Shown one piece after another: positions 26,652-35,954 of a DNA stretch of 36,508 bases. Source of the DNA: Anaerolineales bacterium. GTDB lineage: Bacteria > Chloroflexota > Anaerolineae > Anaerolineales > Villigracilaceae. Position numbers and translations under genes: made by a program. The stretch lies in contig DASWKT010000210.1 of NCBI GenBank assembly GCA_036396515.1, forward strand, positions 1 to 36,508, given 5' to 3'. The notes beneath the pieces are model-generated. The model was not told where the DNA came from. It saw nothing but the letters and a program-made list of their open reading frames with translations, and searched no databases. Each line of letters opens with the position of its first letter. The stretch's first letter is position 1.

Positions 26652-27599
26652 ATGCCAATTGAAATTCCAAAAGATAAATGGCCCGGAAGCATCAAGGCAA
26701 TTACAATCGGCGCGACACCTGCGGAAGGCGGCACGCGCGCCACGACCATCACTGTGGGTGGGCAGACAACCCTGCCTTATTTGCAATTCGAAGCACCGAC
26801 GCCGCATAAGCCTGTCATCGCGATCGAGATCAGATCGCGCAATCCAGACGATTGGTCGCCGTTGCTGGTTGAGGCGTGGGGCGATGGGATGGCGGATCCC
26901 GCTCAATGGGCGAAGAAAGCCGAAGAAGCGGGAGCAGACCTCATCGTCCTGGCCCTGACGCTTGAAGATAGTCCTGAGGATGCCGTCAAGGCTGTCAAAT
27001 CCGTATTAGACGCAACAGGTTTGCCACTCGTTGTCTGGGGTCCCGGGCAGGCAGAGAAAGATAACGATCTGCTAGTCGCTGTTTCGGAAGCGACCAAGGG
27101 CGAACGACTCCTGCTGGGGATTTGCGAAGATAAAAATTACCGCACCATTGTCGCGACCGCCATGGCAAACGGGCATCTGGTGCAGGCGCGCACGCCGATG
27201 GATGTGAACCTGTCGAAGCAGTTGAATATTCTTATCAGTGATATGGGCATGCCGAAAGACCGCATCATCATGGACCCGACCACCGGTGCGCTCGGCTATG
27301 GAATTGAATACGGCTACTCGGTAATGGAGCGCCTGCGACTCGCCGCCCTGCAAGGCGATGCGATGACACAATTCCCAATGCTCGTCACACCCGGTTTTGA
27401 AGCATGGAAGACCAAGGAAGCAAAGGTCGGTGATGGTGTGCCTGAAGCGTGGGGTGATTGGAAGAATCGTTCCATCCACTGGGAAACACTCACCACCATT
27501 GCGTTGGTTGAAGCTGGGGCAGATATCGTTGTTTTACGTCATCCTGAGAGCGTCAAGCGCGTCAGGGATGCCATTGAAGAATTAATGGTTCCGGCATAG
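26652..27599 (+). CDS. acsD: Corrinoid iron-sulfur protein small subunit
   Basis: TVGGQTTLP, DVNLSKQLN and MDPTTGALGYGIEYGYSVMERLRLAAL. AGGAGG RBS. Confidence 0.96.
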   Translation: MPIEIPKDKWPGSIKAITIGATPAEGGTRATTITVGGQTTLPYLQFEAPTPHKPVIAIEIRSRNPDDWSPLLVEAWGDGMADPAQWAKKAEEAGADLIVLALTLEDSPEDAVKAVKSVLDATGLPLVVWGPGQAEKDNDLLVAVSEATKGERLLLGICEDKNYRTIVATAMANGHLVQARTPMDVNLSKQLNILISDMGMPKDRIIMDPTTGALGYGIEYGYSVMERLRLAALQGDAMTQFPMLVTPGFEAWKTKEAKVGDGVPEAWGDWKNRSIHWETLTTIALVEAGADIVVLRHPESVKRVRDAIEELMVPA

Positions 27600-27608
27600 G
27601 AGGTCCAC

Positions 27609-28931
27609 ATGGCACTCACTGGTATTCAAATCTACAAACTTCTCCCACAGACCAACTGTAAGGAATGCAGCTTCCCCACTTGTCTCGCGTTCGCCATGAA
27701 ACTGGCTGCCAAACAGGTCGAACTCTCGGCCTGCCCTTACGTTACCGAAGCGTCGAAGAAACAACTGGCTGAATCTGCCGCGCCACCGATTCGACTCATC
27801 ACACTCAAATCCAATGGCACAGAAGTCAAGATCGGCAACGAAGTCTGTATGTTCCGTCATGAGAAGACCTTCTATAACAAACCCGGTTTATTCCTGCGCG
27901 TCAAAGCCAGCGACCCGGACCTTGCGAAGAAGGTTGCTGAGGCCGATGCGTACAAGGTCAATTATGTGGGCATGGACTTTTCTCTTGACGGCTTCGCAAT
28001 CGAAGCGGATGGTGACTTCGTTGCAGTCGTCAAAGCAGTTCGGGAAGTGACGAAACGCCCACTCATTTTGATTGGAAACGACGCAGCGCTTCTCGACTCA
28101 GCCCTCAGCCTGCTCCCAGGCGAACGAGCTTTGATCTACGCCGCAGATTCATCCAACTTCGAATCCCTGGCAGATGCTGCTAAGAAACACAAAGCCGCGC
28201 TGGCTGTCACCGCCGATTCGCTTGACACGCTCGCTGACCTAACTCAAAGGGTCCAGAGTAAAGGTGTGCAAGATATGGTACTTGATCTGGGTGGCAAGAA
28301 TCTGGGTGAATGGCTGACGCGTTCCACACAGGCCCGGCGACTCGCCCTCAAATCCAATTTCAAACCATTGGGATATCCAACCATCTTCTTTGCCGCGCAA
28401 AATGGCGTGGATAAGGAAGCCGTCTATGCCGCGCAGGCCATCTCCAAATATGCCGGCTTTGTGGTGCTCGATACCTTTGCGCCTGAGATGATCTATTCCT
28501 TGCTTGTCCTGCGCGAGAACATCTACACCGATCCGCAGAAACCCATTCAAGTCCAGCCTGGCATCTACGAGATCAACTCACCGAAGCCTGAAAGCCCGGT
28601 GCTGGTCACGACCAACTTCAGCATTACTTACTTTGCGGTTGCAAATGAAGTCGAGGGTTCGGGCTTACCTGCCTGGCTGGTTGTGACCGATGCCGAAGGC
28701 ATGTCTGTGCTCACTGCCTGGGCGGCAGGCAAGTTCGACGCAGAGAGAATCGCCAAAGCCATCAAAGGCTTCGATGTAGCAAGCAAAGTCAGCAAGAAGC
28801 AGATTATTTTACCGGGCCACGTTGCCGTGCTTTCTGGTGAACTCGAAGAGGAACTCGCAGATTGGGAAATCCGCGTCGGCCCGCGCGAGGCAGTGGATCT
28901 GCCCGCGTTTATGAAACAGGTATTGAATTAG
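27609..28931 (+). CDS. acsC: Corrinoid iron-sulfur protein large subunit
   Basis: LLPQTNCKECSFPTCLAFA...CP [4Fe-4S] motif, RHEKTF, IYTDPQKP, TTNFSITYF and SVLTAWAAGKF. Confidence 0.97.
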   Translation: MALTGIQIYKLLPQTNCKECSFPTCLAFAMKLAAKQVELSACPYVTEASKKQLAESAAPPIRLITLKSNGTEVKIGNEVCMFRHEKTFYNKPGLFLRVKASDPDLAKKVAEADAYKVNYVGMDFSLDGFAIEADGDFVAVVKAVREVTKRPLILIGNDAALLDSALSLLPGERALIYAADSSNFESLADAAKKHKAALAVTADSLDTLADLTQRVQSKGVQDMVLDLGGKNLGEWLTRSTQARRLALKSNFKPLGYPTIFFAAQNGVDKEAVYAAQAISKYAGFVVLDTFAPEMIYSLLVLRENIYTDPQKPIQVQPGIYEINSPKPESPVLVTTNFSITYFAVANEVEGSGLPAWLVVTDAEGMSVLTAWAAGKFDAERIAKAIKGFDVASKVSKKQIILPGHVAVLSGELEEELADWEIRVGPREAVDLPAFMKQVLN

Positions 28932-28933
28932 CC

Positions 28934-29069
28934 TTCGCGCTGAGCGGAGCGCGGGTCGAGTAGAGCGAGTGTTCTTCTCGCTCGTATCGATACCAAGCGA
29001 AGTCGAAGCGTAGTTGCAATCTACCCTTCGTCTCCGCTGCCAAAAGATAGCGGCTCCGCTCAGGGCGAA
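28934..29069. repeat. Nested multi-branched palindromic element between acsC and acsV
   Basis: Outer stem 28934-28950 with 29053-29069 (16/17). Inner stems GAGCGAG/CTCGCTC (28963-28983), CGAAGCGTAG/CTACCCTTCG (29004-29030, 9/10) and CCGCT/AGCGG (29034-29053). Confidence 0.85.
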
Positions 29070-29076
29070 CGAAACC

Positions 29077-31032
29077 ATGCAACACACTGTCACCTTCACT
29101 GGCGAAAATATCAACGCCACAATAGAAGTCCCTACCAACACATTGCTGGCCGATGCGGCACAGCTCGCCGGCATTGACATCGGCCAGCCTTGTGGCGGGC
29201 AGGGACGTTGTGGTCGCTGCGCGGTCCAGGTGACAGAGGGCAGTGTTCGCCGCAGGAGCACACTACGACTCTCAAAGTCAGATATTTCACAAGGATACGC
29301 GTTGGCCTGCCAGACTGTTATCGAAGGCAGCGTTGCCATTTATGTTCCACCGCAAGAAAAGATAGAACGCCGCCTCACCACTGACCGCGTTGTTGCTGAA
29401 GTCACTGTACCTGCGGATTATGAGTACCTTCAAGATCAGACAGTCCGCCGGATCCATGTGCAACTCATCCCGCCCAGCATGGATGACCAGATAGACGATT
29501 GGTCGCGCCTTCAGACAGCTTTGCGCTTGCAGCATCGTTTTGAAAATGTGACTTGCTCGTTAAGTCTCCTGCAACGAATGGGCGATATCCTGCGTGAAGG
29601 CGATTGGAATGTCACTGCGGTGATTGACATTACCAATGTAATTAAGAGTGGTGAATCGAATCAGTCTGTTCGGCTCATTGATCTACAACCCGGTCTCGTG
29701 GATGAATACTCGCCACTCTGGAGCGCCGCAATAGACATCGGCACAACGACGGTCACGCTATGGATGGTTGATCTGGTCAGCGGACAGGTTAGGACACAGG
29801 TAGCCGAATATAACGGGCAGATCGCCCGCGGCGAAGATGTTATCTCACGCATCATTTACGCGAGCAAGAATGGCGGCGGACAGGAACTCCGTCAACGCGT
29901 GCTGGATACGATCAACAACTTGCTTGAGACTGCCTGCAAACGGGTAAAAGCAAAGCCTGAGAATGTAGTCAAAGCGACCGTTGCCGGCAACAGCACCATG
30001 ATGCACTTGCTCTTGGGCATCCCTGCCGGGAGCATTCGACTCTCGCCTTTCATCACTACAGTCAATACCCCCCCATTGTTGAGCGCACGCGAAATTGGCT
30101 TGAATACCCACCCTGAAGCCAGCGTGGACTGTCTGCCCGGCGTGGCGAGTTATGTAGGAGCAGACATCACAGCAGGAGTGTTGTCATCAGGTTTGGATAT
30201 TGCCGAAGATGTAACCCTCTTCCTTGATGTCGGCACCAACGGCGAGACCGTGCTGGGCAATCGCGATTGGCTCGTGACATGTGCATGCTCGGCAGGACCG
30301 GCGTTTGAAGGTGCGGGCGTAGTCAACGGGATGCGCGCTACACAGGGCGCGATCGAAGAGGTGTGGATCAATAGCGACACCTACGAGCCGACGTATCGCG
30401 TCATCGGTGGAGGCAAGCCCAAGGGTATCTGCGGAAGCGGATTGATATCCCTGCTTTCAGAAGCCTTTATAACGGGAGTCCTTGATAAGGCTGGCAATCT
30501 CAATTTATCGGCGAACAGTTCTCGAGTCCGGGAAGGTGCGCACGGCGGAGAGTATGTCGTTGCCTGGGGGGACGAATCCGCATCCGGCGAGGATATCGTT
30601 ATCTCCCGCGTGGATGTCGATAACCTGTTGCGCGCCAAAGCTGCCATCTATGCCGGTTTCACCGTATTAGCTGACACCGTTGGCATTCCATTGGAAAGCG
30701 TTTCAAACGTGTTGGTGGGCGGTTCTTTCGGAAAATACATCAATGTGGAAAAGGCCGTGCAAATTGGACTTCTCCCTGATATGCCCTGGGAACATTTTGA
30801 CTTCCTGGGCAACACATCGGTGCGCGGCGCTTATTACGCATTGCTCGACTGGCGCAAGCGGGAACAGATTACCGAGATTGCCAGGCGCATGACCTACATT
30901 GAATTATCAGCAGACAATAGTTTCTATGAAGCTTTTACTTCGGCATTATTCCTGCCGCATACGGATATGAATAAGTTTCCAAGTGTAGCAGACGCATTAT
31001 CGTCAAACGTCGAAGGTCGAACGTCAACTTGA
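29077..31032 (+). CDS. acsV: ATP-dependent reductive activator of corrinoid proteins (AcsV/RACo, ASKHA domain plus 2Fe-2S)
   Basis: CGGQGRCGRC...LACQ, DIGTTT, GEDVISRI, DVGTNGE, SAGPAFEG and GICGSG. ATG at 29077 is preferred. Confidence 0.93.
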   Translation: MQHTVTFTGENINATIEVPTNTLLADAAQLAGIDIGQPCGGQGRCGRCAVQVTEGSVRRRSTLRLSKSDISQGYALACQTVIEGSVAIYVPPQEKIERRLTTDRVVAEVTVPADYEYLQDQTVRRIHVQLIPPSMDDQIDDWSRLQTALRLQHRFENVTCSLSLLQRMGDILREGDWNVTAVIDITNVIKSGESNQSVRLIDLQPGLVDEYSPLWSAAIDIGTTTVTLWMVDLVSGQVRTQVAEYNGQIARGEDVISRIIYASKNGGGQELRQRVLDTINNLLETACKRVKAKPENVVKATVAGNSTMMHLLLGIPAGSIRLSPFITTVNTPPLLSAREIGLNTHPEASVDCLPGVASYVGADITAGVLSSGLDIAEDVTLFLDVGTNGETVLGNRDWLVTCACSAGPAFEGAGVVNGMRATQGAIEEVWINSDTYEPTYRVIGGGKPKGICGSGLISLLSEAFITGVLDKAGNLNLSANSSRVREGAHGGEYVVAWGDESASGEDIVISRVDVDNLLRAKAAIYAGFTVLADTVGIPLESVSNVLVGGSFGKYINVEKAVQIGLLPDMPWEHFDFLGNTSVRGAYYALLDWRKREQITEIARRMTYIELSADNSFYEAFTSALFLPHTDMNKFPSVADALSSNVEGRTST

Positions 31033-31068
31033 CCGTGAGACTTTGACCTTTGACTTTGGACTTTTGAC
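31002..31068. repeat. Inverted arrays of 7-bp tandem repeats
   Basis: GTCAAAC-GTCGAAG-GTCGAAC-GTCAACT (31002-31029) faces CTTTGAC-CTTTGAC-TTTGGAC-TTTTGAC (31041-31068). Confidence 0.8.
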
Positions 31069-31083
31069 TCAAAGGAGAAAGAC

Positions 31084-32007
31084 ATGTACATCATAGGTGA
31101 AAACATCCACATCATCTCAGAGAAGGTGAAAGAAGCACTGGCCGCAAGGGACCGTGAGTTTTTCATGGACCTGGCCGTCAAGCAGGTGGAGGCGGGCGCA
31201 AAAGCCATTGATATCAATCTCGGTCCGCGCAAGAAAGACTGGGCGGAGGTCTTTCCGTGGGTCGTAGAGTCAGTGGAGGCGGTTGTAGATGTACCCCTCT
31301 CGATTGACACAACCAACGTGGATGGCATGGAAGCCGCGCTGAAAACCATCAAGAAAGCCCAGCCTATTTTGAATTCAACCTCTGCCGAGCCTGAGCGTTT
31401 GGAGAAAATTCCGCTCCTGGCGAAGAGATACGGTGCCAAGGTTATCGCGCTCACTATGAAGACGGAAGGCATCCCTGTAGAAGCAGACGCGCGCGTCAAC
31501 ATCGCGGTCGAGACCTTGATCCCGCGCATGATGGAGATTGACTTCCCCATGGAGAACCTCATCATTGACCCGCTCGTCCTCACTGTTTCTGGCTGCCAGC
31601 AATACTGCCCGCATCTGATCGAAACTGTCCGCACTCTACAATACGCATGGGATCCCACGCCCAATATTTCAGTCGGGCTAAGCAACGTCTCGAACGCGGT
31701 TCCCAATGACAACCGCCCGCTGATCAACCGCGTCTATCTCGCCATGCTGATGGGCGTTGGCCTGCAGATGATGATCGCCAACCCTTTCGACGGAAAGCAG
31801 AATGATGTCATCCGTTGGATAGAGACAAAAGACACTAGCAATCCGCTTGCCGCTGTCTACAATAAGATTGCAGAGCGAACGTGTGTAGGCGAAGAACCTC
31901 AGATGGAAGACTTTGATATGTCTGACCCCGAGCAAGTTGCTATCTGGAAGACCACTCAAATTCTACTTAATAAAGTTATATACGCCGACGCGTATCTGCT
32001 GAACTAG
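31084..32007 (+). CDS. acsE: Methyltetrahydrofolate:corrinoid iron-sulfur protein methyltransferase
   Basis: Pterin-binding barrel with MYIIGENI, AIDINLG, LSIDT, ILNS, IIDPL and GLSNVSN. Operon context supports the call. Confidence 0.93.
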   Translation: MYIIGENIHIISEKVKEALAARDREFFMDLAVKQVEAGAKAIDINLGPRKKDWAEVFPWVVESVEAVVDVPLSIDTTNVDGMEAALKTIKKAQPILNSTSAEPERLEKIPLLAKRYGAKVIALTMKTEGIPVEADARVNIAVETLIPRMMEIDFPMENLIIDPLVLTVSGCQQYCPHLIETVRTLQYAWDPTPNISVGLSNVSNAVPNDNRPLINRVYLAMLMGVGLQMMIANPFDGKQNDVIRWIETKDTSNPLAAVYNKIAERTCVGEEPQMEDFDMSDPEQVAIWKTTQILLNKVIYADAYLLN

Positions 32008-32019
32008 AGGAGGCACATC

Positions 32020-33513
32020 ATGCCCATATTTACACCTGGTCGCCGTTGGCAACCGCCATTTTATCCCTTCAAGCGCGACACATTCGGCAATCGCTTGCTG
32101 GAATCGGTGGAGTTCGCGATCAAGGGCCCTCTGTTCGGTTGCCGCATGTGTGGTAATTGCCTCCTGCAAGAGACTGCCTTTATCTGTCCGATGGAATGCC
32201 CCAAGGGTGCGCGCAATGGTCCGTGCGGCGGCTCCACAGCCGAGCACTGCTATGTGGACGAGACTCGGCCATGTATGTGGTACCAGATCTATGACCGTGC
32301 CTTCAAGATGGGACGTCAGGAAATGCTGCTTGAGGTATTGCCACCTCTTGATTGGGATAAAGTCGGCACAGAGACCTGGGGGGACGTAAGCACACAAGTT
32401 AAGAAGCTGGGAGTAGCCAACGTTGTCACCGGGCTAACGCGTAAGGATCCTGCCCTGCGCTCACATACCTGGGATTCCATCTTCCGGCCTGTACGCCAGC
32501 CTGAATGGTGGCAGGGTGATAACCGCTATCACGCCCCGAAATACTCGGAGCCTGTCTCTGAACTGGAACGAAGACTGAAGGCAGGTGAGTTCGTTGTAAC
32601 GGCAGAAGTGGCTCCGCCTATTACGGTCAAAACCGACAAGCTATATAAGAACATCGAATTGGTCAAGCCTTATGTGGCCGCCATCAACTTCACAGATAAT
32701 CCCTCCGCCACACCGCGTATGTCATCCCTGGCTTGTTCGAAGATGGCCATTGAAAAAGGTGGCGAGCCCGTCATGCAAATCGCGGCGCGTGATCGCACAC
32801 GTGTTGGCCTGCAATCTGAAGTGATGGGCGCGAGCGCACTGGGCATTCGAAATATCTTGTGCCTTTCCGGTGACTCGATGAAGATGGCCCCTGCCCCGCG
32901 CGGCCGCATGGACGTGATTGACATCGACTCGATCCAGATGCTATGGATCCTGCGCCGGATGCGCGACGAAGGCAGGTACATGGACGGGCGCGAGATCAAG
33001 ACGCAGCCACAATATTTCCTCGGTGCGGCTGCTTCGCCCTTTGCCTCTGAGCCGAAGTTCCAGGCTTTACGCGAACACAAGAAGATCAATGCGGGCGCGC
33101 AGTTCTTCCAGACTAACCTGGTTTTCGATGTTGAACACATGGAAATCTGGTTGAACGAACTTGCCAAGCGCGACATTCTCGATAAAGTCTACATTCTGAT
33201 TGGAATCACGCCGCTCAAGACCTTGAAGATGGCGAAATACATGAACGATGAAGTGCCGGGCGTGTTCATCCCTGAAGGATTGATGAAGCGTATGGAAGCT
33301 GCAGACAAACAGGGCAAGGCGCAGGAAGAAGGTGTTCAGATCGCGCTTGAGTTGATTGAAAAAATCAAAAAGTTTGAAGGGCAGGGAGTGAACGGCTTAC
33401 ATATCATGGCCGTCGGTTGGGAAGAGATCGTGCCGCGCATTATCACAGAAGGAGGCGTTCTGCCAAAAGGATTCGTCAAGCCTGATCTACCAGTAAAGAA
33501 AGTCCCTGCTTAA
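32020..33513 (+). CDS. metF: Methylenetetrahydrofolate reductase with an N-terminal MetV-like (MTHFR_C) Cys-rich domain fused to MetF
   Basis: N-terminus CRMCGNC...CPMECPKGARNGPCGG...HC...PCMW (8 Cys). C-terminus TAEVAPP, NFTDN, RDRTRVGLQS, CLSGD and GAQFFQT. Confidence 0.92.
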   Translation: MPIFTPGRRWQPPFYPFKRDTFGNRLLESVEFAIKGPLFGCRMCGNCLLQETAFICPMECPKGARNGPCGGSTAEHCYVDETRPCMWYQIYDRAFKMGRQEMLLEVLPPLDWDKVGTETWGDVSTQVKKLGVANVVTGLTRKDPALRSHTWDSIFRPVRQPEWWQGDNRYHAPKYSEPVSELERRLKAGEFVVTAEVAPPITVKTDKLYKNIELVKPYVAAINFTDNPSATPRMSSLACSKMAIEKGGEPVMQIAARDRTRVGLQSEVMGASALGIRNILCLSGDSMKMAPAPRGRMDVIDIDSIQMLWILRRMRDEGRYMDGREIKTQPQYFLGAAASPFASEPKFQALREHKKINAGAQFFQTNLVFDVEHMEIWLNELAKRDILDKVYILIGITPLKTLKMAKYMNDEVPGVFIPEGLMKRMEAADKQGKAQEEGVQIALELIEKIKKFEGQGVNGLHIMAVGWEEIVPRIITEGGVLPKGFVKPDLPVKKVPA

Positions 33514-33524
33514 TCAACCACGAA

Positions 33525-33571
33525 GTCACAGAGACACGGCAAAAATAGAGCCTCGGATGCTCTGTGGCAAA
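33525..33571. repeat. Degenerate CACAGAG...CTCTGTG palindromic repeat
   Basis: Stem GTCACAGAG (33525-33533) with CTCTGTGGC (33560-33568). A related copy lies at 2644-2692. Confidence 0.5.
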
Positions 33572-33636
33572 GACCTTCGCCAAAGGAAGCCACAAAATTT
33601 GACACTTGAAATATGACACTCAACCCGGGAGGGAAG

Positions 33637-34203
33637 ATGCTTCCTGAACAAATCAAAAATTTCCGTGAAATGGCTACATTGAAAGACGGCGCTTATATCC
33701 TTTTGCGCCCGATGGTTGCGGAAGATCAACAACGTCTGATGGAATTCTATTCCGCCATCAACAATGACGATTTGCGTTACTTCCGTCATTATGTCAAAGA
33801 TCCCGCCATTATCCAGGATTGGTGCGAGCATCTGGATTACAACAAAGTCCTGCCCATCCTGGCTCTGGCCAAAGATCGCGTGGTCGGCAGCGCCTCACTG
33901 CATTTTGGTGAGGGCCCCAAACGTCACATTGGCGAGGTGCGATTGTTCCTCTCAAAGGATTATCGGAAGCGGGGTTTGGGCATGAAGATGATTCGCGCCC
34001 TGATTGACCTGGCACGCAAACATGGATTGAGCATCCTGCTGGCTGAGGTCATCGCTGAACAGACCAAGGTTGTCAAGGCTTTCGAATCACTGGGATTCAA
34101 ATCGCAGGCCACACTTGATGACTACTTCCTGTTCCCAGATGGTGAAACATGTGACATGGTTCTGATGACCATGTGTCTGCGTTCAAAGACGGATGAATTC
34201 TAG
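33637..34203 (+). CDS. GNAT-family N-acetyltransferase
   Basis: TLKDG...LRPM..ED and the acetyl-CoA motif YRKRGLG. ATG at 33637 follows GGAGGG; an alternative start is 33613. Confidence 0.88.
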   Translation: MLPEQIKNFREMATLKDGAYILLRPMVAEDQQRLMEFYSAINNDDLRYFRHYVKDPAIIQDWCEHLDYNKVLPILALAKDRVVGSASLHFGEGPKRHIGEVRLFLSKDYRKRGLGMKMIRALIDLARKHGLSILLAEVIAEQTKVVKAFESLGFKSQATLDDYFLFPDGETCDMVLMTMCLRSKTDEF

Positions 34204-34504
34204 AATCTCACTGCGCCGGGCCATCAAAGAGGCCACAGGTCAGGATATCAACATCTGCCATGCATGCTTTGACTGCGATATCCATTTCCCTGATGACCTC
34301 GATATCCCGCTGGGAAGCCTCATCCAATTGGCTTTACTAAATGACGACGAGGCACTTCATTGCCGGACCTTATGGTCCGAGGCCGTTTTGGAAGCAGCAC
34401 GCGGCGCCTGCCAACGCGGACTTGATTTATATGCCGTGATGCTAACTCTTCGTGAAGAATCAAGACGCAGGATGAGTGAGGAAAAGACCTACCCACATAG
34501 TTAG
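34193..34504 (+). CDS. Small HdrC-like Fe-S protein, degenerate (one cluster)
   Basis: ATGQDINICHACFDC...LDIP..LIQL...LW...ACQRGLDL..VMLTLRE follows the HdrC pattern. Confidence 0.7.
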   Translation: MNSRISLRRAIKEATGQDINICHACFDCDIHFPDDLDIPLGSLIQLALLNDDEALHCRTLWSEAVLEAARGACQRGLDLYAVMLTLREESRRRMSEEKTYPHS

Positions 34505-34548
34505 TTCGTAACATGAGAGTATTTTCTCTCTATGAGGAAGGAGATGCT

Positions 34549-35937
34549 ATGAACATTGAAGAACTGCTTGCGAAGGCCAAAAGGCCCTCAGCGGATGCTA
34601 TGAAACTGCATCCATTCTATCGGGGCAAAATAGAAACCACCCTCAAATGCACCGTACACAGCTTCAATGACTTTGCCATCTGGTATACGCCTGGTGTGGC
34701 TGCGCCCTGCAAGGCAATCCAGGCCAACCCGGAGTTGGTATACGACTACACCAACAAATGGAACACCGTTATCGTGGTGAGTGACGGAACGCGTGTATTG
34801 GGCCTGGGTGACATCGGTCCGAAAGCAGGCTTGCCCGTCATGGAGGGCAAGGCCCTGCTCTACAAATATCTGGGCGGCGTGGATGGCATTCCAATCATGC
34901 TCGATACCAAGGATCCGGATGTCATTATCAACACTGTGTTGATGTTGCAGCCGGGCTTTGGGGGTGTCAACCTGGAAGACATTTCCAACCCTAAATGCTT
35001 CTATATCCTTGACACCTTGCGTGAGAAGGCTGAGATCCCTGTCTGGCACGATGATCAGCAGGGCACAGCTACGGTCACACTGGCTGGTCTCATCAATGCT
35101 CTCAAAGTCGTGGGGAAAAAGATGAGCGAAGCGAAGATTGCCTTCATCGGCACAGGGGCCTCCAATGTTGCATGCTCGCGCCTGATCTTCGGCTGGGGAG
35201 CAGATCCTGCCACGTGTTTTATGGTAGATACCAAAGGTATCCTCGGTAAACATCGCAAGGACCTCGAGATGCGCAAAGCTGAGTACAAGGACAAATGGAA
35301 ACTATGCCAGATCACAAATGCAGAGGGTCGCGAGGGTGACATCCCAGATGCCATGAAAGGTGCGGATGTGGTGATCGCTCTCTCGAAGTCCGGACCTGGG
35401 GTCATCTTGCCGGAATGGGTAAAGACCATGGCGAAAGATGCAATCCTGTTCGCCTGTGCCAATCCGGTTCCCGAGATCTGGCCCTGGGAGGCGAAAGAGG
35501 CGGGTGCAGCCGTGGTCGCTACAGGCCGCTCGGATTTCCCGAATCAAGTCAACAATTCGCTGGGATTCCCAGGCATCTTTAGAGGCACGCTGGATGTGCG
35601 CGCCCGCACGATTACCGATGAGATGTGCTTTGCCGCGGCGCAGGCGTTGGCAGACCACGTCGGGGACAAGCTGGATACGGAACACATTCTTCCTGATATG
35701 GATGACTGGGAAGTCTTCCCGCGTGAGGCGGCAGCGGTCGCCATGAAAGCTCAGGAACAAGGACTGGCGCGCATCCCAACCACCTATGAAGCCGAATTTG
35801 AAAATGCCAAACACATTATCACGCGCTCACGCAGCCTGACTAAAATGATGATGGAAGAGAACTTTATCCTCGAGCCACCACCAGATGAGGATAGTGACCA
35901 TCCCATTGATCTGGAAACGATCCAGTCCGCATATTGA
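34549..35937 (+). CDS. NAD(P)-dependent malic enzyme (short form, no PTA domain)
   Basis: [44 protein letters not shown] and [16 protein letters not shown] at 34549 follows AAGGAG. Confidence 0.95.
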   Translation: MNIEELLAKAKRPSADAMKLHPFYRGKIETTLKCTVHSFNDFAIWYTPGVAAPCKAIQANPELVYDYTNKWNTVIVVSDGTRVLGLGDIGPKAGLPVMEGKALLYKYLGGVDGIPIMLDTKDPDVIINTVLMLQPGFGGVNLEDISNPKCFYILDTLREKAEIPVWHDDQQGTATVTLAGLINALKVVGKKMSEAKIAFIGTGASNVACSRLIFGWGADPATCFMVDTKGILGKHRKDLEMRKAEYKDKWKLCQITNAEGREGDIPDAMKGADVVIALSKSGPGVILPEWVKTMAKDAILFACANPVPEIWPWEAKEAGAAVVATGRSDFPNQVNNSLGFPGIFRGTLDVRARTITDEMCFAAAQALADHVGDKLDTEHILPDMDDWEVFPREAAAVAMKAQEQGLARIPTTYEAEFENAKHIITRSRSLTKMMMEENFILEPPPDEDSDHPIDLETIQSAY

Positions 35938-35954
35938 TCGGAAAGGAGAATCTT

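Noticed and set aside
28934-29069. Cobalamin riboswitch or tRNA between the corrinoid genes
   Set aside because: No B12-box or other conserved cobalamin riboswitch motifs and no tRNA T-loop or CCA. The arms match a repeat also found at 849-897.
31002-31068. CRISPR-like array
   Set aside because: The units are 7 bp with no spacers, and no cas genes are present.
6191-35937. Many long antisense or alternate-frame ORFs (e.g. 11960-12694, 23707-24660, 30924-31727, 34588-35253)
   Set aside because: They lie wholly or largely opposite well-supported genes and show no recognisable motifs, as expected for shadow ORFs.
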